64,000 nucleotides of DNA from Pseudomonadota bacterium (GCA_041178425.1 JBEGVH010000031.1:64001-128000); one strand, 5' to 3'; counted from the first letter of the stretch, positions 53,218 through 63,800 are shown. The notes: generated by a model not told the origin, from the sequence alone. Numbers and translations are program-made.

Positions 53218-54726
53218 ATGCGTATGAAACAGTTTAAAAAAGTTTTGATTGCTAATAGAGGAGAGATTGCCATTCGTGTCACTCGCGCCTGCCGAGAGTT
53301 AGGAATTCATTCGGTCGCGGTTTTTAGCGATGCAGATCGTGATAGCCTCCACGTATTTTTAGCCGACGAAGCCTATAACATTGGCCCTGCTCCTAGTCGT
53401 GAATCCTACTTGAACGTTGAGAAAATTCTCCAAGTCGCTAAGGAAGCTGGCGTTGATGCTATACACCCGGGTTATGGTTTTCTTTCTGAGAATTCCAAAT
53501 TTGTGGATGCGGTTACAAAAGCAGGAATGACTTTTATTGGGCCCACCGTAGAGAATATAGAATCTATGGGTGATAAGCTTTCAGCCAAGGCCTTAATGAA
53601 AAAAGCCGATGTTCCCACTGTGCCAGGTAGCGATGGTCCCGTTGAGACAATGGAAGATGCCCAAGCTGTGATTAAAAAGATTGGCTTTCCGGTGATCATC
53701 AAAGCATCGGCTGGCGGCGGGGGCAAAGGGATGAGGGTTGTACGCAAAGAGGCGGAGCTTGAAAGCGCCTTTCGTGCCTGCCGATCTGAAGGAGCGAATT
53801 ATTTCGGTGATGGAACCGTGTACATTGAACGATTTGTTACCGATCCAAAGCATATCGAAATTCAGGTGTTTGGTGATCAGCACGGTAATGTTGTTCATCT
53901 TTTTGAGAGAGAGTGTTCGGTACAGCGCCGTCACCAAAAAATTATCGAAGAGGCACCGAGCCCCTCTCTGAACCCAGAATTAAGAAAAAAAATGGGTGAA
54001 GCAGCCGTTCGTGCAGCAAAGCTCATTAACTATGTGGGTGCGGGCACTTTAGAGTTTATTTTCGACAACCAAACAAAAGAGTTTTATTTCATGGAAATGA
54101 ATACTCGTTTGCAGGTGGAGCACCCAATCACCGAACTCACGACTGGAGTCGATCTCGTGCGCGAGCAATTGATGGTGGCAATGGGGCACAAACTGAGCTT
54201 TGCACAATCAGAGATTCAACAAAAAGGTCATGCCATCGAAGTGAGAGTTTGCGCCGAAGATCCGATCACCTTTAAACCGAGTCCGGGGGTGATTCGCGCT
54301 TGTCGTCACCCTCAGGGTCCATTTTTAAGGGTTGATTCGTATATTTATCCTGGCTACGAAGTACCGATCTATTACGATCCGATGATGGCAAAAGTGATTA
54401 CTTGGGGAGAGACACGCGAAGAAGCTATTCGCCGTATGCAGCGCTCTCTTACAGAATTTATTTTAACCGGGGTTAAGTCGAATATCGTACTTCATAAAAC
54501 TATTCTAGATCATCCTCAGTTCTTAGACGGTACCTACACCACCCAATTCATAGAAAAGAATTTTCAGGTGGAAGAACCAGAATTGTTTAAGCTTGTAGAC
54601 GATCGTGTGTTCTTAATAGCGGCCGCAATTGCTGCCTATAACGATCGAAAATCGAAGGATGTTCGACAACTCAATCTTGCTAGTCATTGGAAGCGCATCG
54701 GGCGCAAGATGACGATGAGGACATAG
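53218..54726 (+). CDS. Biotin carboxylase subunit of acyl-CoA carboxylase
   Basis: KVLIANRGEIA, HPGYGFLSEN, GGGGKGM, RECSVQRRHQK, EMNTRLQVEH. Confidence 0.95.
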   Translation: MRMKQFKKVLIANRGEIAIRVTRACRELGIHSVAVFSDADRDSLHVFLADEAYNIGPAPSRESYLNVEKILQVAKEAGVDAIHPGYGFLSENSKFVDAVTKAGMTFIGPTVENIESMGDKLSAKALMKKADVPTVPGSDGPVETMEDAQAVIKKIGFPVIIKASAGGGGKGMRVVRKEAELESAFRACRSEGANYFGDGTVYIERFVTDPKHIEIQVFGDQHGNVVHLFERECSVQRRHQKIIEEAPSPSLNPELRKKMGEAAVRAAKLINYVGAGTLEFIFDNQTKEFYFMEMNTRLQVEHPITELTTGVDLVREQLMVAMGHKLSFAQSEIQQKGHAIEVRVCAEDPITFKPSPGVIRACRHPQGPFLRVDSYIYPGYEVPIYYDPMMAKVITWGETREEAIRRMQRSLTEFILTGVKSNIVLHKTILDHPQFLDGTYTTQFIEKNFQVEEPELFKLVDDRVFLIAAAIAAYNDRKSKDVRQLNLASHWKRIGRKMTMRT

Positions 54727-54727
54727 T

Positions 54728-55249
54728 ATGTATTTTGAATCTGAAATTAACGGAAAAAAGTTTAAAATTGACGTGGTCGAAACAAAAACGACTTGGAAGA
54801 TCTCCATTCAAGAAGAAGGAAAAGAGTGGGAGTACCACGATATCAGCAAGACGGACTTTAAGAGCGCCGAGGCTTATATCAGTTTTCTCTTTGGCGGTTC
54901 TTCCTACCTGATTGATGTTACGGGAAGCGATACCGAATACACCGTCTACACCCGAGGCTCCTATCGCTCGGTAAAGATCTTTAATGACGAAATGCTCCTT
55001 CATGAAAGTCTTAAGAATCCAGGAGGAATGGGACACGACCGTGAACTAAAAGCCGGAATGCCTGGTAAGATCATCGAGATCTTTGTAAAGCCTGGTGATC
55101 AGGTGAAGTTCAATAAGCCGCTTCTCATTATGGAAGCCATGAAAATGGAAAACGAAATGAGAGCAGCGGCTGATTGCGTAGTTAAAGAAATTTGCGTCAA
55201 ACAAGGCGACAGCATCGAGTCAGGTTCCGTTTTGATTCGATTTGAATAG
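54728..55249 (+). CDS. Biotin carboxyl carrier subunit
   Basis: MPGKI and EAMKMENE biotinylation motif. Confidence 0.93.
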   Translation: MYFESEINGKKFKIDVVETKTTWKISIQEEGKEWEYHDISKTDFKSAEAYISFLFGGSSYLIDVTGSDTEYTVYTRGSYRSVKIFNDEMLLHESLKNPGGMGHDRELKAGMPGKIIEIFVKPGDQVKFNKPLLIMEAMKMENEMRAAADCVVKEICVKQGDSIESGSVLIRFE

Positions 55250-55277
55250 AGCGATCGTTTAAAAAAACAATGAAAGA

Positions 55278-56027
55278 CTAATTTGTGGTGGCAGCCTTTT
55301 TCTCGAAAATTCCAACGAGAATCACTGCCACCTCGTAAAGTAGAGCCAGCGGAACCAGCATCATGAGCATGGTAATCGCATCGGGTGACGGCGTCACAAT
55401 CGCAGCAAAAATCGACATAAGCACAATAGCATAACGACGTTTATCGCGGAGAAAATCCTGCGAGACGACTCCCAGGATTCCTAAAACAACTAATACCAAT
55501 GGAAGCTCAAAGGCTAAGCCAAAACCAAGATGTATCATCATGAAAAAAGAAAGGTATTCATCGATGGTGATCATCGGTTTGTCGACAGTTCCACCAAAGG
55601 CCAATAAAAATTGAAATGTCACAGGAAGAACAGCGTAATAACAAATCATTACACCACCCAAAAAAAGCACGACTGCAGAACTAATAAATCCAAGAGCATA
55701 AAAGCGCTCTCGTTTATAGAGGCCAGGGGCGATGAAGCGCCATATTTGGTAAAACCAAAACGGGGAGGTGAGAATGGCGCCGCTAAAAATGGCTACTTTA
55801 AAGTGAGCCATAAATTTGTCCATGGGCGCAGTGAAAACCAAACCTCCGTTTTGCAAATAAGGGAGGATGGGACTTCTAATAAAATTGAAAAGGTCTTCGC
55901 TATAAAAATAACACGCGATAGAACCAACGATTATACCTATCACTGAGCGAATCAAGCTAACTCTGAGTTCAGAGAGGTGCTCCACTAAGGTTTGGTTCTT
56001 TTGGTCGATATCTTCGGCAAACCTCAT
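55278..56027 (-). CDS. tatC: Twin-arginine translocase subunit TatC
   Basis: HLSELR, YQIWRFIAPGLYKRE, FELP, RRYAIV, AAIVTPSPD. Confidence 0.96.
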   Translation of the reverse strand: MRFAEDIDQKNQTLVEHLSELRVSLIRSVIGIIVGSIACYFYSEDLFNFIRSPILPYLQNGGLVFTAPMDKFMAHFKVAIFSGAILTSPFWFYQIWRFIAPGLYKRERFYALGFISSAVVLFLGGVMICYYAVLPVTFQFLLAFGGTVDKPMITIDEYLSFFMMIHLGFGLAFELPLVLVVLGILGVVSQDFLRDKRRYAIVLMSIFAAIVTPSPDAITMLMMLVPLALLYEVAVILVGIFEKKAATTN

Positions 56028-56299
56028 GTTGAATGGCCTTCATCTTTTTTTTCGGTAGTAACGGTCGTGTCGGTAGTTGGTTGGTTGGCACTGGTGAGTT
56101 TTTGCTCCTGACGGCGCGAACGGTCATCAGTATAGTGACGAGGATTAGTGATAGATCCAGTTAGGTCTTCACTCGCTCGCTTTAGCTCATTCAGGGCTCG
56201 CCCGATAGCGCTGGCAATCTCTGGCAGCTGTTTTGGGCCAATGAAAATTAGCGCTATGACGGCAATCAAAATAATTTCTGATAAACCTAGATTAAACAA
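56024..56299 (-). CDS. tatB: Twin-arginine translocase TatA/TatB-family subunit (TatB-like)
   Basis: MFNLGLSEIILIAVIALIFIGPKQLP; directly upstream of tatC. Confidence 0.75.
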   Translation of the reverse strand: MFNLGLSEIILIAVIALIFIGPKQLPEIASAIGRALNELKRASEDLTGSITNPRHYTDDRSRRQEQKLTSANQPTTDTTVTTEKKDEGHST

Positions 56300-56401
56300 A
56301 GCTCCCCCGAATTAGTTGGGCCCCTAAGATAAAATAACTTTGAAACTATAGGCTAAAGAACTCTGAAGTGCAACTCGAGGGCTTTGAAAATAAGATATAA
56401 T

Positions 56402-57019
56402 TCAATGGCCGGAGACTTTTTTTAAGTTCGCATCGGCAGAAACAAACACGCCAACCCCCTCTAGGCGCTCTCTTGCAATCGATGATCCTGTTCTCAGGTA
56501 GGTTTCGTAGAGTCTGAGAATGCCTTGATTAGTGCCAACAAAGGTTTGGTGGCTGATAACATTAAACACCTCGACAACATCCAAAAACCTTTCTGCCAAC
56601 TCGGAGTAAGTCTCTTTGGAGGCATTCTCACCAAGAGAACTCAAAGAGTGATAAGCAGAGCTCCCCATGGAGCAATAGTAGTCAACGTCGACTAAACTCC
56701 GGTTGAGTGATTCGGCAAAAAAACCACTGATATATAAAGTCTTATCGCCGAGCTTTTTTAATAGTTCTTTTTGAGTTGCAGATTCGGCGGTTTGAGCCGT
56801 TAACCAGATCTCAGCTAATGTTTGAGGGTTCCTTTTTCCGGTTTCATCAAACTCTGGTTCATGTAAATTTCGTGCATCAACATAGAACGACAGCATTTCG
56901 GTGAGATATTTAATGACCGGTGCACTAAAAACCATACCGCGAGAATCAACGCTCGATTTAACGAGGTCTTCAAAGATGTCGTTGCCAGACTGGATAATTC
57001 GAACATCTTTAAGCGACAT
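56402..57019 (-). CDS. Hypothetical alpha-helical protein (probable start ATG 57019)
   Basis: Long ORF with AGGAGG SD; motif KLGDKTLYISGFFAESLNRSLVDVDYYCSMGSSAY resembles an uncharacterised family I recall but cannot name. Confidence 0.7.
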   Translation of the reverse strand: MSLKDVRIIQSGNDIFEDLVKSSVDSRGMVFSAPVIKYLTEMLSFYVDARNLHEPEFDETGKRNPQTLAEIWLTAQTAESATQKELLKKLGDKTLYISGFFAESLNRSLVDVDYYCSMGSSAYHSLSSLGENASKETYSELAERFLDVVEVFNVISHQTFVGTNQGILRLYETYLRTGSSIARERLEGVGVFVSADANLKKVSGH

Positions 57020-57343
57020 GATACACTGGTCCTCCTTCACTGTTCTCTTACATTTTATCTCGATGGAAGAATAAATGGTTCTAAAAAATCTTTACGCCTA
57101 ACCATCAACAAATCTTATTTGAATCTAGACCATCATAAAAAGCATTTATGGTTTCATTTTGAGATGGTCCTTAGGTAGCTCTTAGTTTTAGTGATCGGTC
57201 ATCTCAGTTCAATTCAAAGCCTGGGCCCTCGTTTGAGCTTTTCTATGGGTCGAAGTGAGATGGCCTTTCTATTGGCGGTTAAGATTTTAAATAAGCTACG
57301 AAAACAACTTAAGAACCCTCGTGAATTGCCCGAAAAAGGAGGG

Positions 57344-60300
57344 TTGCAAAGCTCTTTATTTTTCATCCTTATTTTGATGAGCCTCTTGGTTTCCTGCGTG
57401 AAGAAGGGTGGGTTTTTAACTCCCTCGTGTTCTCAAGGAAACTCAAACTGCGACTTACCCTCGATGCAAGTTGAGGTCGTGGGCTCCGAGGGGGGTGGGC
57501 AGGCGCAAGTGGATAACAACGGCGACGTTGGAACAGTGGTTCTTAAGTCGGTGAGGTATGGCGAACGGTCTAGGCTAGAATTCATTTTGCAAAACCCAAA
57601 AATTATTCCCCTTCAAAAGATGAGCTTTGCTATTGTTCCGGGAGACACAGCGGCCTTTTCATTAGTAGCGTCGCCTGCCGGTAAAGATTGTCGAGACGAA
57701 GGGCTCTTATTACTCTATAAACAAAAATGCTCGGTCACCATCGAGTTCGCTCCAGGAAAAGTACCTCCCCCTCTGCAAGCTTTGACGTTTACGTTTCAGA
57801 CATTACTTGGTGACACTTTCATTTTTAGATCGAAGTTTGACCCTGCAAAGCTCCTCTCGGATTTCTATTTGTCTGAGGCTGATTTAACAATGCCCGAGGC
57901 TCCAGTGGTTGCCAATGGTGTTACTTCATCGGTCGGTAAAGACATTCTTATTGAGAACAATGGAACCGAGTCTGACCTCTCGAATATTCAGTTTTTTATC
58001 AATGGGTCTACGGAATGGAGCATAGACACCCCCACAGCGACGCCATCTTGCTCTCAAGGTGGAACCATCTCAAAAGGTGGAAGCTCTTGCTACATTCGAG
58101 TTAATTTTGCGCCCAATTCTCCTGGCTTGAAGAACGCCAGTTTGGTTATGGTGAGCGGTGATCAAGTGAGTAGAGAGTTTCCACTCCTTGGCACAGGAAG
58201 AGGGCTTGAGGCCAATATCAATGTCGTTGATTTTGGAGCCGCTGTAATTAACTCGTCATCACCACCCAATAAATCGATCACATTAACATTTCCGGAGGTC
58301 GATGGCGTTCAGTCGGCTAAGGATTGCACCTTCGATGACTCTACCGATTTGGTCGGAACTGGTTTTGCTGTCGCAAGTAATACTTGCACCACTGAGATGG
58401 GCGAAGGTTCCACATGTCAAGTGACTGTACAGTGGACTCCTAGTGCCACCGCCAAAGAACACATTGGCGAATTTTCTTGGTCATGCTCTGAACGAGGAGG
58501 CGCTGGCCGAGTACAGTTAATGGCTCGAAGCTCTGAGTCGCCCTTAGTGTCGGAGATCCTAGAGCTTGATTTTGGTGAAGTTCTTGAGGGTAGTCACAAA
58601 TCACTGAGCCTTGCCTTGAAAAATGACGGAAGAAACATTGGTGATGGAGTGGGAATCGGCACGCTGATTGACCTGAAGAGAGCAGTTAAGGGTGACACTT
58701 TTTCAGAACTGACTTCAACATGTACCGACAAGCTCCCTGTGGGGGCCAATTGCGCCACTACAATTAAGTTTGCGCCGAACTCCTCAGGATTGCAATTTGG
58801 TTCGTTTGAAGCAACTGCCGCTCAGACGGAGATGGATTATAAGGTGGCTCTTCAGGGTCAAGCGATTAAAGTTATTCCTTCGAGTGAACTTGTCGACTTC
58901 GGAACGGTCACACCCAACAGCGATCGCCCTGGTTCCATGGTGTATATTAGAAATCCTTCTTCCACCGAGACTGCATCGGGTTGTGAATTGCTTTATAGTG
59001 ATATTCTCAGTCAGAACTTCAGCCTCGATTCGAGTTCTACCTGCCTATCGAAAACGGAGCTTGCGCCGCATGAGACCTGCTCTGTGCGAGCTCGATTCAC
59101 GGCACTTAATATTTTGGGCGACCGCAATTCCGCTCTTCAATTTCGCTGTGGTGTTGGTGGATCGGCTGAGGTTCGTCTAAAGGGAACAATCGGAAACGAA
59201 ACTCGACTGATGGTGGCGCCGCCGAGCAATCATTACTTGTTAGATCATCTGGTAGGAACCACTAATCATTTAGAATTTTTAGTTCTCAATGGTCACTCGA
59301 CTGAGACCGCGACAGATCTATCGATTGTTCCCACGGGCCTCGCTAATGGCTGGTCCGTGGTGTCATCGAGTGGAGCAAATTGTTCAACGGTGAATCAATT
59401 GACACCCGGTCAGAGTTGCCGAGTGAGAATGCAGTCCTCTCCGAGCGCATCTCCGGGTGGCGAGGAGCTCGGCCCTCACTCAGGAACTCTCGCGGTAAGC
59501 GCCAATGGTGGCAACATAGATCCGCCCGATGGTACGTTTGGTTCTCTAAACAAGAAACTTACCTCAAGCTATCAAGCAGGCTACGATTTTGGAACGCTCG
59601 ATATCAACGAGACGGTTTTATCTGAGCCCATTAGCCTTTACAATCCCTCTTCGATTGATTATGCCTCGGGCTGCATTGGGCCCACGCTCACATCAACGAC
59701 TCCAGGGGCCTTTTCGATTGAGAGCACCAGTTGCAGCCCCTCTGGATTGTCACCTCTGAGCTCGTGTCGTGTTGTTGTGGCGTTTAATGGATCGGCGACT
59801 GATGCCAACATTGAGGAATTTTTAGATTACGAATGTTCCGTGGGTGGGAGAGTTCGCACATCCCTCAACGTCGCGGTTGTTCCGAAGCTAAGATATCTTT
59901 GGAGTGGCAATGGCAACTTCGGATTTTTAGATTTGAATCAACCTGCAGTGGAGCGGACGTTCACATTTACCAATAATGAAGCTTCAACCATGGAAATCAT
60001 CTCCCTTTCATTGGCCAATTCGAGCGCTTTCACAATTCTCGCAAGCGGCACCACGTGTGCGGCAGAAACTCAGCTAACGCAAGGGCAATCGTGCTCTGTT
60101 AAAGTAGCCTTCGGCCCCTCCGGTGAAGTTTCGTATAGCTCGAAACTCATTATTGCTGGACGACCCCTCGGCTCTTCAGCACCGACAGAGAATTACTCAA
60201 AGAATTTATTCGGAGCAGGCTCTAGCATGGCGCTAGCCCTCTCACAGGATTCTATCACGTTTGATGACCAGCTCGCTGTAAGCAGTATGAGTGAGTCAAA

Positions 60301-62656
60301 GCTGGTCACTGTGACTAATAATGGAAGCCGACCCACGACGCTCTCAATCTCAAATCTCGTGGCCCCGTTCTCAGTAGGCAACGGAGGCACTTGTGGTGCT
60401 GTACTTGTTGAGGGCCAATCTTGTACAGTGCAGGTGAAGATGACGGCCTCGGCTACAGGTGTTGGGCTCTATTCAGGAGTTTTGGCAGTGAGCGATCAAG
60501 AGAGCGCTAATGCCGTGACGAGTTCAACCACTTTGAGTGGCCGAATCTTGGCAGCGCCAATTCTTGTAATCAAAGATAATATCACTGATTCCGCGGCGAC
60601 AACTTTGGCGACCACCGATATCACAGGTCCCGTGGGGAATGCCCGTAATATCGTTGATCACAGCGCCAGCAAAACCGTGACTTATACGGTCACCAGCAGT
60701 GTTCCGGGATCGGGCTCGGTGGTCCTTGGCAACGTTGGAATGATACATACGTCTGGTCAGGATCAAACGATGAGTGTTTCTGCCTCTGGAAACACGTGCA
60801 ATGGAAAAACCTTGGCTGCCAACGAGTCATGCTCTTTTTCAGTTGTTTACGAGCCAACACAAGATCATGAGACGTCAAAATATTCGCTGAGTCTTTCTGG
60901 ACTAGATATCGCGGGAGACTCGGTGATGACCTCGGTCACGGAAGTCATTGGCAATTCCTATAAGTCGGCAACGCTGGCTTTTTCGCCAGCGAGCCTCGAT
61001 TTTTCTACTATTGAAAAAGGTGTTGCCGCCACAGAACAGGAAGTAACTATCACCAACAGTGGTGATTACACCGCTGATTTGGGAAGCCTTACATTTTCGG
61101 GTAGTGGAGGATCAGATTATTCCCGATCGGCAGGAACAACGGGCACCAACTGTGGTAGCACAATCGCTGCCGGTGCCACTTGCTATACAAAAATTGGAAT
61201 TACAGCGAGCACAGTTCTTGGTTATCAGAACACGGGAACGCTAAGTTATACTTACACCGTTGGTTCAAGCCAGCCCTCAAAAAGCGCGGTCTTAGGGGCA
61301 ACGGCTTTGTCTTATTTGAGGCTGTCAGCGAATGGTGTTGGATCGAGCTATTACGCAGAGGAAGGCGAAATTGCTTCGGATGAAAATCGGGTTTATATCG
61401 CAACAAGATTTTCTGACTTCACGAGCTATTCAATGCCAGTGATAACGATCTGCGAACGACATGCTGATGGATTTATAAGTGCGGATACAAGTCTCTGTAC
61501 CCAGAATTTGTTAAAGGGAAGTACTCATAATAATTTACTGGTGGGCACTCTAAATGGTTCGGGTCCTAAAATTGCCGTCAGTGGAAATTATTTAATTTTG
61601 GCAGTTAACAATCAGGATACCTACTTTGATGATAATATTTCGGATGGAGTCAATTCGAACACCGCTGGCAACTCTACGTTTATTGTCTGCAAAAAACCAG
61701 TGGGTGGTCGAATAATTGCTTTTGAAACAGATTGCGCGGTCGTACCCATCGATTTTAAAGGTGGAACAATCAGCACTGGGGCTTATCCGTCAATGGCGAT
61801 TGTTGGAAATAAAATCGCGTTGAGTAATTCTATTTCAGGAACAGGCGATAAGGGTGTTATTATTCATGTTTGTAGTTTTGATAACACCCACGCTAACTCG
61901 TCGGGAGTTATTGATAAGACTTCATGTAAGTCGGCGACCATAGATCGCGGCAGTGCTGAACGAGCCCAAATGGGAACTCTCGATTTTCAGGAAAATCAAG
62001 TGGTCGTGGCCTATTACAATCACGTCTCAGGCGAAGAGTCTTTGAATGCGGTAAGCTGTGACGTTGCATCCGACAACACTATTACCTGCGGAATCAGCAC
62101 GAACGTCAGCAGTGCGGTTCTCGATTCACCCACGAGCCCAGTAGCACCTGGAGCTTATCCCTCGATTGTAATCGATAATACAAAAATTTATTTGGCCCAC
62201 CAGCAAGGTGAAAGTAATCGCCGTTATTTGCGTTTGTCGGATTGTAGCCTCAGTGGCGCTGGCAATTTAACGATTGGGAGTTGCTCCACGCAAACGATGG
62301 CCACGAGATCAGGCAGCGAAGGGACTGGAATATACCCGCGCATCTCAAAAGTCGGTAGTGGTGCCGGTGCCAAAATATGGATTAGTTATCTTGGGGCAGC
62401 GGGAGAGTCGGTGTTTAGTAGCATTTACTCGGGTATTCGCTATTGCACCTTGCTGGCATCGGGCTCTCCGACTTGTGAAGCCTCGGCCTATTTTGAAAAT
62501 AAAAACCTATTAACTGCTAACGTAACATTTGTTTCAAGAGGGCATTATTTCGATGCGACCAAAAAAATGATTCTTATTCCTCAGGCCGTTGGCAATAATA
62601 AGAAGGTTGGAATTCTATCGATTGGTATCTTTTCTGATTTACTGCCCTCACCCTAA
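57344..62656 (+). CDS. Large (about 1770 aa) surface lipoprotein with about 11 Cys-paired Ig-like (choice-of-anchor D/ASH-type) repeats and a C-terminal propeller-like domain; start uncertain (ORF is open from 57191)
   Basis: TTG 57344 gives the signal MQSSLFFILILMSLLVSC; repeated DFG...N.G...C..(L/G)..C.V.V.F.P units; C-terminal GAYPS-type repeats. Confidence 0.75.
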   Translation: MQSSLFFILILMSLLVSCVKKGGFLTPSCSQGNSNCDLPSMQVEVVGSEGGGQAQVDNNGDVGTVVLKSVRYGERSRLEFILQNPKIIPLQKMSFAIVPGDTAAFSLVASPAGKDCRDEGLLLLYKQKCSVTIEFAPGKVPPPLQALTFTFQTLLGDTFIFRSKFDPAKLLSDFYLSEADLTMPEAPVVANGVTSSVGKDILIENNGTESDLSNIQFFINGSTEWSIDTPTATPSCSQGGTISKGGSSCYIRVNFAPNSPGLKNASLVMVSGDQVSREFPLLGTGRGLEANINVVDFGAAVINSSSPPNKSITLTFPEVDGVQSAKDCTFDDSTDLVGTGFAVASNTCTTEMGEGSTCQVTVQWTPSATAKEHIGEFSWSCSERGGAGRVQLMARSSESPLVSEILELDFGEVLEGSHKSLSLALKNDGRNIGDGVGIGTLIDLKRAVKGDTFSELTSTCTDKLPVGANCATTIKFAPNSSGLQFGSFEATAAQTEMDYKVALQGQAIKVIPSSELVDFGTVTPNSDRPGSMVYIRNPSSTETASGCELLYSDILSQNFSLDSSSTCLSKTELAPHETCSVRARFTALNILGDRNSALQFRCGVGGSAEVRLKGTIGNETRLMVAPPSNHYLLDHLVGTTNHLEFLVLNGHSTETATDLSIVPTGLANGWSVVSSSGANCSTVNQLTPGQSCRVRMQSSPSASPGGEELGPHSGTLAVSANGGNIDPPDGTFGSLNKKLTSSYQAGYDFGTLDINETVLSEPISLYNPSSIDYASGCIGPTLTSTTPGAFSIESTSCSPSGLSPLSSCRVVVAFNGSATDANIEEFLDYECSVGGRVRTSLNVAVVPKLRYLWSGNGNFGFLDLNQPAVERTFTFTNNEASTMEIISLSLANSSAFTILASGTTCAAETQLTQGQSCSVKVAFGPSGEVSYSSKLIIAGRPLGSSAPTENYSKNLFGAGSSMALALSQDSITFDDQLAVSSMSESKLVTVTNNGSRPTTLSISNLVAPFSVGNGGTCGAVLVEGQSCTVQVKMTASATGVGLYSGVLAVSDQESANAVTSSTTLSGRILAAPILVIKDNITDSAATTLATTDITGPVGNARNIVDHSASKTVTYTVTSSVPGSGSVVLGNVGMIHTSGQDQTMSVSASGNTCNGKTLAANESCSFSVVYEPTQDHETSKYSLSLSGLDIAGDSVMTSVTEVIGNSYKSATLAFSPASLDFSTIEKGVAATEQEVTITNSGDYTADLGSLTFSGSGGSDYSRSAGTTGTNCGSTIAAGATCYTKIGITASTVLGYQNTGTLSYTYTVGSSQPSKSAVLGATALSYLRLSANGVGSSYYAEEGEIASDENRVYIATRFSDFTSYSMPVITICERHADGFISADTSLCTQNLLKGSTHNNLLVGTLNGSGPKIAVSGNYLILAVNNQDTYFDDNISDGVNSNTAGNSTFIVCKKPVGGRIIAFETDCAVVPIDFKGGTISTGAYPSMAIVGNKIALSNSISGTGDKGVIIHVCSFDNTHANSSGVIDKTSCKSATIDRGSAERAQMGTLDFQENQVVVAYYNHVSGEESLNAVSCDVASDNTITCGISTNVSSAVLDSPTSPVAPGAYPSIVIDNTKIYLAHQQGESNRRYLRLSDCSLSGAGNLTIGSCSTQTMATRSGSEGTGIYPRISKVGSGAGAKIWISYLGAAGESVFSSIYSGIRYCTLLASGSPTCEASAYFENKNLLTANVTFVSRGHYFDATKKMILIPQAVGNNKKVGILSIGIFSDLLPSP

Positions 62657-62666
62657 AACTTAAAGA

Positions 62667-63800
62667 TTATTTTAATAAAAGCTTGGATAGTTTTTCGCGC
62701 TTATCGATACCCTTATTAAGGATGATTCGGATTCCCTCTTTTTGTCCTTGAGAATAGGCGGCGCGATCGAGGGAGCGGGTGTTCGCTCTTTTGCTTACCA
62801 GGCGAGGATGACGATCTCTAATAAAGAGGCCTAAGGCAGGGTCATCGACGGAGACAAGGCTCTTGTTATTGTCAGCTGAATCTCTGGTTGAGTATCGTTG
62901 TCGTCGAGACAACGAGAGTTTCTCATTAAACCCATTGAGCAAACCTAATTGATAAGATCTTTTTAGGCCGACGGGTAGGCGACTTTTTTTTGATTCATGA
63001 AGCCAAAGCTCTTGAACTTTATTTTTAAGAAAGTGAAACACATACTCCGCCATCTTTACGTTTGCGAAGGTGCCGAAAAGCTCAATCGTTCTAACCGACA
63101 GGCAAGACCTCTGACAGAAGGTTTGGGAAAGTATAGGCTCAACAAAAAAATGCTCAGAAAGAAGAGAGCAAATGACCGAATATATTGAATGGATTTTTTG
63201 TGAGCCGAGCGGGATAACCAAAAAAGTATATTCTGCATTGGGAACTTTGTTTTTTAGTCTTTCGACATTGTATTTCTCGTACAGCTCATTAACTTTTTCC
63301 ATCGCCACTAGAGCTTCATGTTCATTGTTTGATTGAGCTAATGACAAAAGTCTTTCTGCTCTTTGGATTAACTTGTAGGCCTCACTACTGGATTCGCGTT
63401 CATCAACTTCAGGTACTGAGCCGATGGGAAGTCGACTAAAATCGAGGCTGGCTTTCGATTTTTGCAAACTTTTATGAATCCCTAGTCGTTCACAGAATCT
63501 AATAAAATTGGGTCCATGACCCTCTTCAATTCCTAATTCGTCTGTCACTAGTTGGTGCGCAATTTCGTGTTTTAAAACCTCTATAACAACCCGCCAAGAA
63601 GCCTTTTCGATAAGTTGCTTAGAGATTTTAATTTGTCTTAGCAATGGATCCCATTGGCCATAGTACGATTGTGCCGACAGCACTATAATTTGAGGCTTTT
63701 TAAGCTTTAGGCGATAGGACCAATTAATTTGGTCGTACTCCTTATGAAGCTGTTTAGTCCAGAGGTCGAACAAAAGAGTCTCGGATTTATTTTCAAACAT
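62667..63800 (-). CDS. SprT-like zinc metalloprotease domain plus DUF2786-like protein
   Basis: VLKHEIAHQ (HExxH) followed by HGPNF; RLLSLAQSNNEHEA DUF2786-like motif. Confidence 0.78.
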   Translation of the reverse strand: MFENKSETLLFDLWTKQLHKEYDQINWSYRLKLKKPQIIVLSAQSYYGQWDPLLRQIKISKQLIEKASWRVVIEVLKHEIAHQLVTDELGIEEGHGPNFIRFCERLGIHKSLQKSKASLDFSRLPIGSVPEVDERESSSEAYKLIQRAERLLSLAQSNNEHEALVAMEKVNELYEKYNVERLKNKVPNAEYTFLVIPLGSQKIHSIYSVICSLLSEHFFVEPILSQTFCQRSCLSVRTIELFGTFANVKMAEYVFHFLKNKVQELWLHESKKSRLPVGLKRSYQLGLLNGFNEKLSLSRRQRYSTRDSADNNKSLVSVDDPALGLFIRDRHPRLVSKRANTRSLDRAAYSQGQKEGIRIILNKGIDKREKLSKLLLK

